DNA of 64,000 nt, taken from the NCBI RefSeq assembly GCF_013122565.1, contig NZ_CP053258.1. The stretch is one strand, 5' to 3'. A program made the translations under genes and the position numbers. The DNA comes from Escherichia coli (GTDB taxonomy: Bacteria > Pseudomonadota > Gammaproteobacteria > Enterobacterales > Enterobacteriaceae). Below the pieces are notes generated by a model that ran no database searches, had not been told where the DNA came from, and worked only from the letters and a program-made list of their open reading frames with translations. Shown here piece after piece: positions 44,786 to 57,057 of this stretch (the stretch's first letter is position 1; every line of letters starts with the position of its first letter).

Positions 44786-46846
44786 ATGAGCAAGGCAGGC
44801 AAAATAACCGCTGCGATTTCAGGGGCTTTCTTGTTGTTGATTGTCGTGGCGATCATTTTGATTGCAACTTTTGACTGGAATCGACTCAAACCGACCATCA
44901 ACCAGAAAGTCTCTGCGGAGTTGAATCGTCCGTTCGCTATCCGTGGCGATCTGGGCGTGGTGTGGGAGCGGCAAAAACAGGAAACCGGCTGGCGCAGCTG
45001 GGTGCCGTGGCCCCATATACACGCGGAAGACATCATTCTCGGCAACCCACCAGATATTCCCGAAGTCACGATGGTGCATTTGCCACGCGTAGAGGCAACG
45101 CTGGCACCGCTGGCGCTGCTGACCAAAACGGTCTGGCTGCCGTGGATCAAGCTCGAAAAGCCCGACGCGCGCCTGATTCGCCTCTCTGAAAAGAACAATA
45201 ACTGGACGTTTAATCTTGCCAACGATGACAACAAAGACGCGAATGCAAAGCCGTCGGCATGGTCGTTTCGGCTGGATAATATTCTGTTCGATCAAGGGCG
45301 GATCGCTATTGATGACAAAGTAAGCAAAGCGGATCTGGAAATTTTTGTTGATCCGTTAGGCAAGCCGCTGCCGTTCAGTGAAGTTACTGGATCGAAAGGT
45401 AAAGCGGATAAAGAAAAGGTCGGCGATTACGTTTTTGGCCTGAAGGCGCAGGGACGTTATAACGGTGAACCGCTCACGGGTAAGGGGAAAATTGGCGGTA
45501 TGCTGGCGCTGCGTGGCGAAGGGACGCCGTTTCCGGTACAGGCTGATTTCCGTTCAGGTAATACCCGTGTTGCTTTTGATGGCGTCGTGAATGACCCAAT
45601 GAAGATGGGCGGTGTCGATTTACGGCTTAAATTTTCTGGCGATTCACTGGGTGATCTCTATGAACTGACGGGCGTTCTGCTGCCCGATACCCCGCCGTTT
45701 GAAACGGATGGTCGGCTGGTAGCGAAAATCGACACAGAAAAATCGTCGGTCTTTGATTATCGCGGCTTTAATGGGCGCATTGGCGATAGCGATATCCACG
45801 GTTCTCTGGTCTACACCACCGGCAAGCCACGACCAAAACTGGAAGGTGATGTCGAGTCGCGGCAATTGCGGCTGGCGGACCTGGGACCGTTGATTGGCGT
45901 TGATTCCGGGAAAGGAGCAGAAAAGTCGAAACGGTCTGAACAGAAGAAGGGTGAAAAAAGCGTTCAGCCTGCGGGCAAAGTGCTGCCTTATGATCGCTTC
46001 GAAACCGATAAATGGGACGTTATGGATGCCGATGTTCGCTTCAAAGGCCGACGTATCGAGCATGGCAGTAGCCTGCCGATTAGCGATCTTTCTACTCATA
46101 TCATCCTCAAAAATGCTGACCTGCGCCTGCAACCGCTGAAATTTGGCATGGCGGGCGGCAGCATTGCGGCGAATATTCATCTGGAAGGCGATAAAAAGCC
46201 GATGCAGGGGCGGGCAGATATTCAGGCTCGTCGACTGAAACTGAAAGAACTGATGCCCGATGTGGAACTGATGCAGAAGACGCTGGGGGAAATGAACGGT
46301 GACGCGGAACTACGCGGTAGCGGTAACTCGGTGGCGGCACTTTTAGGCAACAGTAACGGCAACCTGAAACTGTTGATGAATGACGGGCTGGTGAGCCGCA
46401 ACCTGATGGAGATTGTTGGGCTGAATGTCGGCAACTACATTGTCGGTGCGATATTTGGTGACGATGAGGTGCGGGTGAACTGCGCGGCGGCGAATCTTGA
46501 TATTGCCAACGGCGTGGCGCGCCCGCAGATCTTTGCTTTCGATACGGAGAACGCGTTGATTAACGTTACCGGCACGGCAAGTTTTGCTTCGGAACAGCTG
46601 GATTTGACTATTGATCCGGAGAGTAAAGGAATTCGGATTATCACACTGCGTTCGCCGCTGTATGTGCGTGGGACGTTTAAAAATCCGCAGGCTGGGGTGA
46701 AAGCCGGGCCGTTGATTGCTCGCGGAGCCGTTGCGGCGGCACTGGCAACGCTGGTTACGCCAGCGGCGGCGTTACTGGCGCTGATCTCACCTTCCGAAGG
46801 GGAGGCTAATCAGTGTCGGACGATTTTGTCGCAGATGAAGAAGTGA
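44786..46846 (+). CDS. yhjG: AsmA-family inner-membrane-anchored protein YhjG
   Basis: 686 aa from ATG at 44786 (MSKAGKITAAISGAFLLL...) with gaggaag SD; N-terminal TM anchor. Confidence 0.88.
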   Translation: MSKAGKITAAISGAFLLLIVVAIILIATFDWNRLKPTINQKVSAELNRPFAIRGDLGVVWERQKQETGWRSWVPWPHIHAEDIILGNPPDIPEVTMVHLPRVEATLAPLALLTKTVWLPWIKLEKPDARLIRLSEKNNNWTFNLANDDNKDANAKPSAWSFRLDNILFDQGRIAIDDKVSKADLEIFVDPLGKPLPFSEVTGSKGKADKEKVGDYVFGLKAQGRYNGEPLTGKGKIGGMLALRGEGTPFPVQADFRSGNTRVAFDGVVNDPMKMGGVDLRLKFSGDSLGDLYELTGVLLPDTPPFETDGRLVAKIDTEKSSVFDYRGFNGRIGDSDIHGSLVYTTGKPRPKLEGDVESRQLRLADLGPLIGVDSGKGAEKSKRSEQKKGEKSVQPAGKVLPYDRFETDKWDVMDADVRFKGRRIEHGSSLPISDLSTHIILKNADLRLQPLKFGMAGGSIAANIHLEGDKKPMQGRADIQARRLKLKELMPDVELMQKTLGEMNGDAELRGSGNSVAALLGNSNGNLKLLMNDGLVSRNLMEIVGLNVGNYIVGAIFGDDEVRVNCAAANLDIANGVARPQIFAFDTENALINVTGTASFASEQLDLTIDPESKGIRIITLRSPLYVRGTFKNPQAGVKAGPLIARGAVAAALATLVTPAAALLALISPSEGEANQCRTILSQMKK

Positions 46847-46890
46847 TGAGGTTGGATTGTGTTTGCTGGTGAGTTCGGGAGCAGCGTGTT

Positions 46891-47065
46891 CCCCTCACCC
46901 TAACCCTCTCCCCAAAGGGGCGAGGGGACTGTTTTGTGCGTGTTGAAACAACGAGTACCGCTTTTCCGTTCACTTTCTGGGGGGAGGGCTGTTATGTTCG
47001 CGATATAACATCTCGCTCCGCTTTTCTCCCTCTCCCTTTCAGGGAGAGGGCTGGGGTGAGGGTGG
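46891..47065. repeat. GC-rich imperfect palindromic intergenic repeats (two inverted copies)
   Basis: cccctcaccctaaccctctccccaaaggggcgagggg at 46891-46928 and its inverted relative ctctccctttcagggagagggctggggtgagggtg near 47027-47065. Confidence 0.7.
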
Positions 47066-47080
47066 CAGCCCGCACGATAC

Positions 47081-48403
47081 TTACAACGACTGATGTCGCG
47101 TCTCATGGGTCAGCAGCAGGGCGATTAACGTCAAGCCAGCCATCGCCGCCAGATATAACCCCACCGCACCTAACCCGTAGTTAGTCTGCAACCAGGCTGC
47201 GATATACGGCGCAACGGAAGCCCCGAGAATCGACGATACGTTGTAAGAGAACGATGCTCCGGTGTAACGCACTTCTGTCGGAAACAGCTCTGGTAACAGC
47301 GCACCCATCGGCCCGAAGGTCAGCCCCATCAGACTTAACCCCAGCAGCAGGAAGGCAAAAACCAGAATGGGGTTGCCAGAACCGAGCAGCGGGTTAAAGG
47401 CGAACAGCGCGAACAGGATGATCAGCGTGGTGATAATTACCATGCTTTTACGGCGACCAAAGGCATCAGCCAGTAATCCGGCGACTGGCACCATCACGCC
47501 AAAACCAATAACTGCCATCATCAGCATCCACAACACTTCGTTACGTGGCAGGCCAAGCCCAACTGGCGCGGCGGCGGTACTAAAGGTCATAGAGTAGACC
47601 GTCATGATGTAAAACAGCGTATAGGTTGCCAGCATGATGAAGGTACCGAGCACCGTGACGCGAACATGTTTGGTCAGCAGCGTACCCAGCGGGATCTTCA
47701 CCTGTTTTTTCGCTTTAGCGACTTTCTCAAACACCGGCGACTCATGCAGCGACACGCGAACATACAGGCCGATAATGACCAGCACCGCCGAGAAGATAAA
47801 CGGCACACGCCAGCCCCAGCTCATAAACTGCTCGTCGGTCAGTAGCCAGGAAAGCAGCAAGAAAGTGCCGTTGGCAAAGAAGAAGCCAATCGGTGCGCCC
47901 AGCTGCGGGAAGGAGCCATACAGTGCACGTTTACGCGGTGGGGCGTTTTCAGTCGCCAGCAGCGCCGCGCCGCCCCATTCACCGCCTAAGCCCAGACCCT
48001 GACCAAATCGAGCCAGCGCCAGCAGCAGCGGGGCGAAAATACCAATCGTGGCATAGCCCGGCAGCAGACCAATCACCACGGTCGAAATCCCCATCGTTAG
48101 CAACGAGGCGACCAGCGTCGCTTTACGCCCAACGCGATCGCCAAAATGACCAAATACGGCAGAGCCAATGGGGCGCGCGACGAAGGCGATGGCGAAGGTG
48201 GCGAGCGACTGTAGCGTTGCTGCCGTTGGATCGCCCTGCGGAAAGAAGATATGCGGAAACACAATAACGGCCGCAGTGGCGTAAATGTAAAAGTCGAAGA
48301 ACTCAATGGCCGTGCCAATGAGAGAGGCGACAAGGACTTTATTACGCGAGTTGATCGGCGTGTATTCTTGCTCGTGGTCGAGTGTTGTGGCTGTTGCTTG
48401 CAT
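47081..48403 (-). CDS. yhjE: MFS transporter YhjE
   Basis: 440 aa, 12-TM sugar-porter-like composition; matches remembered YhjE. Confidence 0.9.
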   Translation of the reverse strand: MQATATTLDHEQEYTPINSRNKVLVASLIGTAIEFFDFYIYATAAVIVFPHIFFPQGDPTAATLQSLATFAIAFVARPIGSAVFGHFGDRVGRKATLVASLLTMGISTVVIGLLPGYATIGIFAPLLLALARFGQGLGLGGEWGGAALLATENAPPRKRALYGSFPQLGAPIGFFFANGTFLLLSWLLTDEQFMSWGWRVPFIFSAVLVIIGLYVRVSLHESPVFEKVAKAKKQVKIPLGTLLTKHVRVTVLGTFIMLATYTLFYIMTVYSMTFSTAAAPVGLGLPRNEVLWMLMMAVIGFGVMVPVAGLLADAFGRRKSMVIITTLIILFALFAFNPLLGSGNPILVFAFLLLGLSLMGLTFGPMGALLPELFPTEVRYTGASFSYNVSSILGASVAPYIAAWLQTNYGLGAVGLYLAAMAGLTLIALLLTHETRHQSL

Positions 48404-48720
48404 AATCTTTTCTTATTTTTTGGCTAACGAATAGCCATATTACGCACAGCAAAAGTGATATTTCAATGTGTAACAAATCGCGGAAATGGTCAAAAATAAG
48501 GCAAAAAGGGGATAATGTTTAGGCCAGTGATTTTTCTTCTATGAAATGCTTCACATAATTTTATAAATAGTGGATAAAACTGGTTTCAGGTTAAATAAAA
48601 GTTACCAACTGGATTTATATGCTGGGGTTATGAGTTGGTATGAAATTGTTTGCTCCTGAAGAGATGTGGTTTCAGGTGGTTATGTGCATGTCATTGCCTG
48701 GTCTCTGGCTGGCTTGTACC

Positions 48721-48757
48721 CCCTCACCCTAACCCTCTCCCCGGAGGGGCGAGGGGA
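48721..48757. repeat. Third copy of the GC-rich palindromic repeat
   Basis: ccctcaccctaaccctctccccggaggggcgagggga, near-identical to the copy at 46891. Confidence 0.7.
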
Positions 48758-48794
48758 TCGACCGTGCGTTTATCAGGCATTATAAACCAATGAA

Positions 48795-49808
48795 TTACCG
48801 CTGCGTTTTCCCCGGCATTCGCGGGTCGTCTTTATATTCGGCGGTGGCAATCCACGCCGCGCAAAACAGCGTCAAACGGGCGAAGAAGTAGAAAAATGCC
48901 ATCAGCCCCAGCACGGAACCAAATGCTGCGCCAGAGGGGGATTTCATCAACGATGGCAGGGTGTAGGTCATCACGATTTTAATCACTTCAAAACCAATAG
49001 CAGCCAGAAATGTTCCGCGAATCAGGGCTTTTTTGCGCGGACGGTGGCGCGGTAACCGCCAGAAGATCCAGAAGAAAAGCAGATAGTTGGCGAAGATGGA
49101 AATCGCCAGGCCAATCAACCGCCACGTCGGTTTCAGCCACTCAATGCTGTTCAGGTGCAGGGCGCTAATAATCATTTGCTGCGCCGAACCGGCAACCGAG
49201 GTGATCGAAAGCGTCACAATCAGCGCAATCAACAAACCAATCAGCGAAATAAAATCACGCAGATATTTTACCCAGAACTTCTCCTGATCTTGCGGCGAGC
49301 GTTCCCAGACATCGCGCGACTGGGCACGAATCGCTTCACGCAGGTTACCCATCCAGTTGATGCCGGAATAAAGTGCCACCGCCAGGCCGACAAGCCCTAC
49401 AGTCGTACGCTGCTGAACGGCGGTGTTGATGGTGTTTTTCAATGTGGCGGCTAGCGTCGGATCGCTGATGTTTTGCAGAATTTTGTCGAAGATATCCTGT
49501 AGCAACATCGGATGGGAGGCCAGCACAAAGCCCCCTGCGGCAAACGACACCATCAAAATCGGGATCATCGACAAAAATGAGAAATAGGTGATAGCTGCAC
49601 CAAACTGGTTACCCAGCCGATCGTTAAAGCGTTCTGTCGCGCGAATCAGGTGCGCAATAACCGGTTGGCGTTGGACTTTTTCGGCAGTGGTGGTGACGGT
49701 TTCCAGCGCCTGGCTAACTTTGCCGCCTTTCTCGCTATTATCCAACGGCTTAATCGGCTCGTGCTCCAGATCCTGGGTGGGACGTTTGATCTCGTTTTCC
49801 TGCGTCAT
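48795..49808 (-). CDS. yhjD: Inner-membrane protein YhjD (YihY/virulence-factor BrkB family)
   Basis: 337 aa polytopic membrane protein; matches remembered YhjD. Confidence 0.88.
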   Translation of the reverse strand: MTQENEIKRPTQDLEHEPIKPLDNSEKGGKVSQALETVTTTAEKVQRQPVIAHLIRATERFNDRLGNQFGAAITYFSFLSMIPILMVSFAAGGFVLASHPMLLQDIFDKILQNISDPTLAATLKNTINTAVQQRTTVGLVGLAVALYSGINWMGNLREAIRAQSRDVWERSPQDQEKFWVKYLRDFISLIGLLIALIVTLSITSVAGSAQQMIISALHLNSIEWLKPTWRLIGLAISIFANYLLFFWIFWRLPRHRPRKKALIRGTFLAAIGFEVIKIVMTYTLPSLMKSPSGAAFGSVLGLMAFFYFFARLTLFCAAWIATAEYKDDPRMPGKTQR

Positions 49809-49856
49809 CCGCTCTTTTGTCCTTCTGTCGTGGTCATTCTTAAAAAGTATAGTCGG

Positions 49857-50756
49857 TCAGTCCAGGTACTCTTTCATTACGCCAGCCAGCCACTGCATAA
49901 ACAGGTTTACACGCCGGGAAAGCTCCCGACGCTGCGGATAAACCAGCGAAAGGGAGAGCGGCTCGGCACGGTAGCCTGGCAACACTTCAATAAGCCGCCC
50001 GGCACGCAGGGCTTCGCGCACGGCAATGCGCGGGATCTGAATAATCCCCAGACCGGCAAGACCGGCGGCGAGATAGTTTTCGCTACTGTTTACCGTCAAC
50101 ATGCCGCCAGACTTAAACCACTGGACGCCATTAACGCTGGCAACCTCAAAACCTAACGGATGTACACCCAGGTGCGGTGTATAACGCACTATTGCGTGTG
50201 AAGTCAGATCATCGGGGCTTTGCGGATAACCAAAGCGCGTCAGATAGTGCGGACTGGCACAGTTGACCATGGTCAGTTTGCCGAGGGGACGGGCGATAAC
50301 GCCATCTTCCGGTAACGCGCCAGTGCGTATCACGCAATCAAAACCATCATGAAGAATATCTACCGGACGGTCATGGCTACTCAGTTCCAGCTCAATTCCC
50401 GGATGCAGATAGAGAAATTCCGACAGGCGCGGCAGTAACAGGCTTTTCGCGATTCCTGGCGGGATGTCGATGCGTAATTTACCGCTGATACTGGTGGCAT
50501 CCTGTTGAAACAGACCGTCCAGTTCGCTGAGATTACTCAACACATCTTTTGCCCGTTGATAATAGGTCATGCCTTCTGGCGTGAGTTTGACCCGTCGCGT
50601 GGTGCGCTGGAGAAGCTGGGTGCCAAGTTGATGTTCCAGTGCCTGTATCTGGCGCGAAACACTTCCCTTTGGCAAAGCAAAGAAATCCGCCGCGCGGGAA
50701 AAACTTTCCAGCTCCGCGACTTTGATGAACAACTGCATTGCGTGAATTTTATCCAT
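49857..50756 (-). CDS. yhjC: LysR-family transcriptional regulator YhjC
   Basis: 299 aa from ATG at 50756 (MDKIHAMQLFIKVAELESFSRAA... HTH); ORF-track start 50828 is an extension. Confidence 0.88.
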   Translation of the reverse strand: MDKIHAMQLFIKVAELESFSRAADFFALPKGSVSRQIQALEHQLGTQLLQRTTRRVKLTPEGMTYYQRAKDVLSNLSELDGLFQQDATSISGKLRIDIPPGIAKSLLLPRLSEFLYLHPGIELELSSHDRPVDILHDGFDCVIRTGALPEDGVIARPLGKLTMVNCASPHYLTRFGYPQSPDDLTSHAIVRYTPHLGVHPLGFEVASVNGVQWFKSGGMLTVNSSENYLAAGLAGLGIIQIPRIAVREALRAGRLIEVLPGYRAEPLSLSLVYPQRRELSRRVNLFMQWLAGVMKEYLD

Positions 50757-51274
50757 TTCTTTGACCGATTGTTGTTCACAGCGAAACAGTAACGCGCATA
50801 TCGCATTGTTTATTGTTTTTTCTAACATCTAATGCCGGGTTTCACAATGTTGTCATAACGAATGTGGCGATTTCTCAGCAGGAAAAGGGCGGAATAGCTT
50901 TATGAGAAGGTGAATCCCCTTAAACAGAGCGTATTTTTCAGCGATTCCCTTTAAAGTGAATAGAGGATGTATTGGCTATTTGTGCTTATTTTTGTCTCAT
51001 TGCCGTTTGTTATTTTGGCTTGTGGTCGCGGAATTTCATTTTTAATTGCATGCGTACTAACCACCAATATAAGGAAATCCTCAAAATTGTTTTAAATAGT
51101 GCCCTCGACATGTAATTTCAGGCGTTTAGCTGTAACTATTTATATCGGTAACTATTTTCTACGCGTCATCTCTGTAGAATGGCCACCGCCAAATGGCGAA
51201 TTCTTATTTTTTCTCGCGGGTAATACCCTTCCACTACTTAAGTCTTTTTAACGTATTCAGGTGGAGATTCAGTT

Positions 51275-51877
51275 ATGCAAATAGTCATGTTTGACAGGCA
51301 GTCAATATTTATTCATGGAATGAAAATCAGTTTACAGCAGCGTATTCCAGGAGTGAGTATTCAGGGGGCCAGTCAGGCAGACGAGTTATGGCAAAAGCTG
51401 GAAAGTTACCCTGAAGCCTTAGTTATGCTCGATGGCGATCAGGATGGTGAGTTTTGCTACTGGTTGCTGCAAAAAACCGTGGTGCAATTTCCTGAGGTTA
51501 AGGTGTTAATTACGGCGACGGATTGCAATAAACGGTGGTTACAGGAAGTTATCCATTTTAATGTGCTGGCCATTGTGCCTCGTGATTCAACCGTCGAGAC
51601 ATTTGCGTTGGCGGTAAATAGTGCGGCGATGGGGATGATGTTTCTGCCTGGAGACTGGCGAACGACGCCGGAAAAGGACATTAAAGATCTCAAATCGTTA
51701 AGCGCCCGCCAGCGGGAGATTTTAACCATGTTAGCGGCGGGTGAATCAAATAAAGAGATCGGCAGGGCGCTGAATATCAGTACCGGAACGGTAAAAGCGC
51801 ATCTGGAATCCCTGTATCGCCGTCTGGAAGTGAAAAATCGCACCCAGGCGGCAATGATGTTAAATATCTCCTCCTGA
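51275..51877 (+). CDS. yhjB: LuxR/FixJ-type regulator YhjB
   Basis: 200 aa; receiver-like N-terminus and C-terminal LuxR HTH (SAREREILTMLAAGESNKEIG). Confidence 0.88.
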   Translation: MQIVMFDRQSIFIHGMKISLQQRIPGVSIQGASQADELWQKLESYPEALVMLDGDQDGEFCYWLLQKTVVQFPEVKVLITATDCNKRWLQEVIHFNVLAIVPRDSTVETFALAVNSAAMGMMFLPGDWRTTPEKDIKDLKSLSARQREILTMLAAGESNKEIGRALNISTGTVKAHLESLYRRLEVKNRTQAAMMLNISS

Positions 51878-51885
51878 AGAGGATA

Positions 51886-51926
51886 ATTTTACAGCCAGCA
51901 GGAAGTTAGCGGCTGGCTGTAAAAAT
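51886..51926. terminator. Bidirectional hairpin between convergent yhjB and treF
   Basis: Stem acagccagc / gctggctgt flanked by A/T runs on both sides. Confidence 0.6.
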
Positions 51927-51927
51927 A

Positions 51928-53607
<1,680 letters not shown>

Positions 53608-53860
53608 TTATCGGGCTTTTCTTTAAGGGTAGTCATTCGCTCCGCCTGGTGGGCGACAAAGCGTGCGGTGGATCACGTTTATTAACCTGTCAAAAAATAT
53701 AACGCACTAATATCCATGGAATTTATAAAAATACAGATTTCGTGTTGTTTTTCATTTTCAGAACATTCAATCCTGCTCTCGCCGCAATCATGATATGCCA
53801 TTCCTGATCTGGGTAATAGGCACAGGCTATCTTATTGATAGTTTATATTCATGTAATTGA

Positions 53861-53874
53861 TTGATTCCTATCAA
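53861..53874. promoter_or_regulatory. FNR/CRP-type binding site (TTGAT-N4-ATCAA) upstream of yhjA
   Basis: Exact match ttgattcctatcaa about 108 bp upstream of yhjA ATG; yhjA is reported as FNR- and OxyR-dependent. Confidence 0.6.
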
Positions 53875-53981
53875 AAAGCGTATCTCCCTGTTTTTTATGA
53901 TGGCTTTGTCTCGCAGAGACGTTTGCAGCATTCTGGAAAATTTTCTGGGTCACAATAACTCACCACCGTGAGGGAAGAATA

Positions 53982-55379
53982 ATGAAAATGGTCTCACGTA
54001 TTACCGCGATCGGCCTGGCTGGCGTCGCGATTTGCTATTTAGGGTTATCTGGTTATGTGTGGTACCACGATAATAAACGTAGTAAACAGGCCGATGTTCA
54101 GGCATCTGCTGTCAGTGAAAATAATAAGGTTTTAGGCTTTCTCCGCGAAAAAGGATGCGACTATTGTCATACGCCTTCGGCAGAATTACCCGCCTATTAT
54201 TATATTCCTGGCGCGAAACAGTTGATGGATTACGACATAAAGCTTGGATATAAATCTTTTAACCTCGAGGCCGTGCGTGCGGCTCTGCTGGCTGATAAAC
54301 CCGTTTCGCAAAGCGATCTGAATAAGATTGAATGGGTGATGCAGTATGAAACTATGCCGCCAACGCGTTATACCGCGCTACACTGGGCGGGTAAGGTGAG
54401 TGATGAAGAGCGCGCGGAAATACTCGCCTGGATTGCAAAACAGCGCGCGGAATATTACGCCAGCAATGATACTGCTCCGGAGCATCGCAATGAACCGGTG
54501 CAGCCCATCCCGCAAAAACTGCCTACCGATGCGCAAAAAGTGGCGTTGGGCTTTGCGCTGTATCACGATCCCCGTTTATCGGCTGATAGCACCATTTCAT
54601 GCGCTCATTGCCATGCGTTGAATGCGGGGGGTGTCGATGGCAGAAAAACATCGATTGGTGTTGGTGGCGCAGTTGGGCCGATTAACGCGCCGACGGTATT
54701 TAACTCAGTATTTAACGTTGAGCAGTTCTGGGATGGTCGTGCGGCAACATTGCAGGATCAGGCTGGTGGACCGCCGTTGAACCCGATTGAAATGGCGTCG
54801 AAATCCTGGGACGAAATTATTGCTAAGCTGGAAAAAGATCCGCAGCTTAAAGCGCAGTTCCTCGAAGTCTATCCGCAAGGTTTCAGTGGCGAAAATATTA
54901 CTGATGCCATTGCTGAATTTGAGAAAACATTAATTACGCCGGATTCCCCATTTGATAAATGGTTACGTGGAGATGAGAATGCGCTGACGGCGCAACAGAA
55001 AAAAGGCTATCAATTATTTAAAGATAATAAATGTGCAACTTGTCATGGTGGAATTATTCTCGGCGGACGTTCCTTCGAACCGTTGGGGCTGAAAAAAGAC
55101 TTTAACTTTGGGGAAATTACGGCGGCGGATATTGGTCGTATGAATGTGACTAAAGAAGAGCGTGATAAATTGCGTCAGAAAGTACCCGGTTTACGTAACG
55201 TTGCTTTAACGGCACCGTACTTCCATCGCGGTGACGTGCCGACGCTGGACGGGGCGGTGAAACTGATGTTGCGCTATCAGGTAGGCAAAGAGCTGCCGCA
55301 GGAGGATGTGGATGATATCGTAGCTTTCCTGCACAGTCTGAACGGGGTGTACACGCCGTATATGCAGGATAAACAATAA
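53982..55379 (+). CDS. yhjA: Di-haem cytochrome c peroxidase
   Basis: 465 aa; multiple CxxCH haem motifs (CDYCH, CAHCH, CATCH); N-terminal TM anchor. Confidence 0.9.
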   Translation: MKMVSRITAIGLAGVAICYLGLSGYVWYHDNKRSKQADVQASAVSENNKVLGFLREKGCDYCHTPSAELPAYYYIPGAKQLMDYDIKLGYKSFNLEAVRAALLADKPVSQSDLNKIEWVMQYETMPPTRYTALHWAGKVSDEERAEILAWIAKQRAEYYASNDTAPEHRNEPVQPIPQKLPTDAQKVALGFALYHDPRLSADSTISCAHCHALNAGGVDGRKTSIGVGGAVGPINAPTVFNSVFNVEQFWDGRAATLQDQAGGPPLNPIEMASKSWDEIIAKLEKDPQLKAQFLEVYPQGFSGENITDAIAEFEKTLITPDSPFDKWLRGDENALTAQQKKGYQLFKDNKCATCHGGIILGGRSFEPLGLKKDFNFGEITAADIGRMNVTKEERDKLRQKVPGLRNVALTAPYFHRGDVPTLDGAVKLMLRYQVGKELPQEDVDDIVAFLHSLNGVYTPYMQDKQ

Positions 55380-55589
55380 TTAATTTGATCGCCCGAACAG
55401 GAATGTTTGGGCGATTTTTATTACGATAATAAAGTCTGTTTTTAATATTATCATGTTAAATGTTTATATTATAAAAAGTCGTTTTTCTGCTTAGGATTTT
55501 GTTATTTAAATTAAGCCTGTAATGCCTTGCTTCCATTGCGGATAAATCCTACTTTTTTATTGCCTTCAAATAAATTTAAGGAGTTCGAA

Positions 55590-56990
55590 ATGGACCAGAA
55601 GCTGTTAACGGATTTCCGCTCAGAACTACTCGATTCACGTTTTGGCGCAAAGGCCATTTCTACTATCGCGGAGTCAAAACGATTTCCGCTGCACGAAATG
55701 CGCGATGATGTCGCATTCCAGATTATCAATGATGAATTATATCTTGATGGCAACGCTCGTCAGAACCTGGCCACTTTCTGCCAGACCTGGGACGACGAAA
55801 ACGTCCATAAATTGATGGATTTGTCGATCAATAAAAACTGGATCGACAAAGAAGAATATCCGCAATCTGCAGCCATCGACCTGCGTTGCGTAAACATGGT
55901 TGCCGATCTGTGGCATGCGCCTGCGCCGAAAAATGGTCAGGCCGTTGGCACCAACACCATTGGTTCTTCCGAGGCCTGTATGCTTGGCGGGATGGCGATG
56001 AAATGGCGTTGGCGCAAGCGTATGGAAGCTGCAGGCAAACCAACGGATAAACCAAACCTGGTGTGCGGTCCGGTGCAAATCTGCTGGCATAAATTCGCCC
56101 GCTACTGGGATGTGGAGCTGCGTGAGATCCCTATGCGCCCCGGTCAGTTGTTTATGGACCCGAAACGCATGATTGAAGCCTGCGACGAAAACACCATCGG
56201 CGTGGTGCCGACTTTCGGCGTGACCTACACCGGTAACTATGAGTTCCCGCAACCGCTGCACGATGCGCTGGATAAATTCCAGGCCGACACCGGTATCGAC
56301 ATCGACATGCACATCGACGCCGCCAGCGGTGGCTTTCTGGCACCGTTCGTCGCCCCGGATATCGTCTGGGACTTCCGCCTGCCGCGTGTGAAATCGATCA
56401 GTGCTTCAGGCCACAAATTCGGTCTGGCTCCGCTGGGCTGCGGCTGGGTTATCTGGCGTGACGAAGAAGCGCTGCCGCAGGAACTGGTGTTCAACGTTGA
56501 CTACCTCGGTGGTCAGATTGGTACTTTCGCCATCAACTTCTCCCGCCCGGCGGGTCAGGTAATTGCACAGTACTATGAATTCCTGCGCCTCGGTCGTGAA
56601 GGCTATACCAAAGTACAGAACGCCTCTTACCAGGTTGCCGCTTATCTGGCGGATGAAATCGCCAAACTGGGGCCGTATGAGTTCATCTGTACTGGTCGCC
56701 CGGACGAAGGCATTCCGGCGGTTTGCTTCAAACTGAAAGATGGTGAAGATCCGGGATACACCCTGTACGACCTCTCTGAACGTCTGCGTCTGCGTGGCTG
56801 GCAGGTTCCGGCCTTCACTCTCGGCGGTGAAGCCACCGACATCGTGGTGATGCGCATTATGTGTCGTCGCGGCTTCGAAATGGACTTTGCTGAACTGTTG
56901 CTGGAAGACTACAAAGCCTCCCTGAAATATCTCAGCGATCACCCGAAACTGCAGGGTATTGCCCAGCAGAACAGCTTTAAACACACCTGA
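55590..56990 (+). CDS. gadA: Glutamate decarboxylase A
   Basis: 466 aa from ATG at 55590 ([22 protein letters not shown]...); PLP-lysine region [15 protein letters not shown]; ORF-track TTG start 55527 is an extension. Confidence 0.93.
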   Translation: MDQKLLTDFRSELLDSRFGAKAISTIAESKRFPLHEMRDDVAFQIINDELYLDGNARQNLATFCQTWDDENVHKLMDLSINKNWIDKEEYPQSAAIDLRCVNMVADLWHAPAPKNGQAVGTNTIGSSEACMLGGMAMKWRWRKRMEAAGKPTDKPNLVCGPVQICWHKFARYWDVELREIPMRPGQLFMDPKRMIEACDENTIGVVPTFGVTYTGNYEFPQPLHDALDKFQADTGIDIDMHIDAASGGFLAPFVAPDIVWDFRLPRVKSISASGHKFGLAPLGCGWVIWRDEEALPQELVFNVDYLGGQIGTFAINFSRPAGQVIAQYYEFLRLGREGYTKVQNASYQVAAYLADEIAKLGPYEFICTGRPDEGIPAVCFKLKDGEDPGYTLYDLSERLRLRGWQVPAFTLGGEATDIVVMRIMCRRGFEMDFAELLLEDYKASLKYLSDHPKLQGIAQQNSFKHT

Positions 56991-57007
56991 TAACATAACG
57001 TTGTAAA

Positions 57008-57057
57008 AACCGAATGCCCAGCCTTTAAAAAAACAGCTGGGCATTCGGTTGCTTATT
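57008..57057 (+). terminator. Rho-independent terminator after gadA
   Basis: Long stem aaccgaatgcccagc / gctgggcattcggtt followed by gcttatt. Confidence 0.75.

Noticed and set aside
46900-47184. ORFs 46900-47106 and 46936-47184 between yhjG and yhjE
   Set aside because: They lie entirely within the GC-rich palindromic repeats and overlap the yhjE 3-prime end; the Pro/Ser/Arg-rich translation is typical of repeat DNA.
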